Shown here one piece after another: positions 63,528-64,000 of a stretch of 64,000 bases of DNA; within the stretch, counting starts at the first letter, position 1; every line of letters begins with the position of its first letter. This DNA comes from Paragordius varius. Taxonomy: Eukaryota; Animalia; Nematomorpha. The stretch spans positions 6,386,001 through 6,450,000 of the forward strand of contig OZ176056.1 in assembly GCA_964247055.1 (NCBI GenBank). Direction: 5' to 3'. The position numbers and the translations under genes were made by a program. Under the pieces are notes generated by a model. It saw nothing but the letters and a program-made list of their open reading frames with translations. It did no database searches and was not told the DNA's origin.

Positions 63528-64000
63528 GTTTTATTTCTTTAATTAAACGTTGCTGCTTTGGGTAAAGTCCTTTAAACGAATTTTTATGCTACTCTCAAAA
63601 AAAAATTATAATAAAATAAATAAAATTTAAATGTATAATTATAGGCAAACATTTCTAATTAAACTAAAATAAATATCATTGTCACTTTGAAAAATAATAT
63701 TTAAGTCTGAGAGAATTATTTCTACTGCTTCGATTTGTCAAACACCATTGATTGATCGTTCGGTATTGTTAGGCTATAATTTACATTAAAAATTGAAATT
63801 ATACGGACAAAAGGTAAAAATAACAAATAATATATTTCAAAAGACAACCATACTTTTTAAACCTTAATTTTTTTCATATAAATTAGATAATTACAATTGT
63901 AAAATATATGATTGATTATTTTACCGATATACATATCAATTTCATACTTTGCAGTTTTCAACCATGGGGTATATTTAAAAAAATCAAGAATCAAAAAGTA

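Noticed and set aside
1-64000. tRNA, rRNA or spliceosomal snRNA genes
   Set aside because: No cloverleaf with A/B boxes and no conserved rRNA or snRNA motif was recognised by eye. A covariance-model scan would be needed to exclude divergent copies.

Overview
Very AT-rich eukaryotic nuclear DNA from an animal, with spliced genes. I assembled gene models by hand from GT-AG junctions that keep the reading frame. Recognisable genes: TOP3B (5' part, runs off the left edge), an SLC1/EAAT glutamate transporter, MRPL30 head-to-head with DERA (46 nt between the ATGs), V-ATPase subunit E, SRP19, PATL1, and a GH18 chitinase-like gene that lacks the catalytic Glu and runs off the right edge. There is also a small Cys-rich, probably secreted gene, an orphan 150-codon exon, a decayed SLC6-like remnant and a frameshifted partial PATL1 duplicate. 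Mobile DNA includes two mariner relics, an RTE-like LINE tail, a Penelope GIY-YIG remnant, a 1.2-kb hairpin element and two related MITE subfamilies with 21-bp subterminal arrays. The main signal is intron architecture. Eight frame-required introns, plus one in-frame candidate, are only 23-29 nt long and have weak 5' splice sites. They sit at apparently ancestral positions alongside introns inflated to 0.3-2 kb, many of which carry transposon insertions. This suggests a highly derived invertebrate such as an orthonectid or dicyemid, but the species cannot be determined from this window. No rRNA, tRNA or CRISPR array could be supported.
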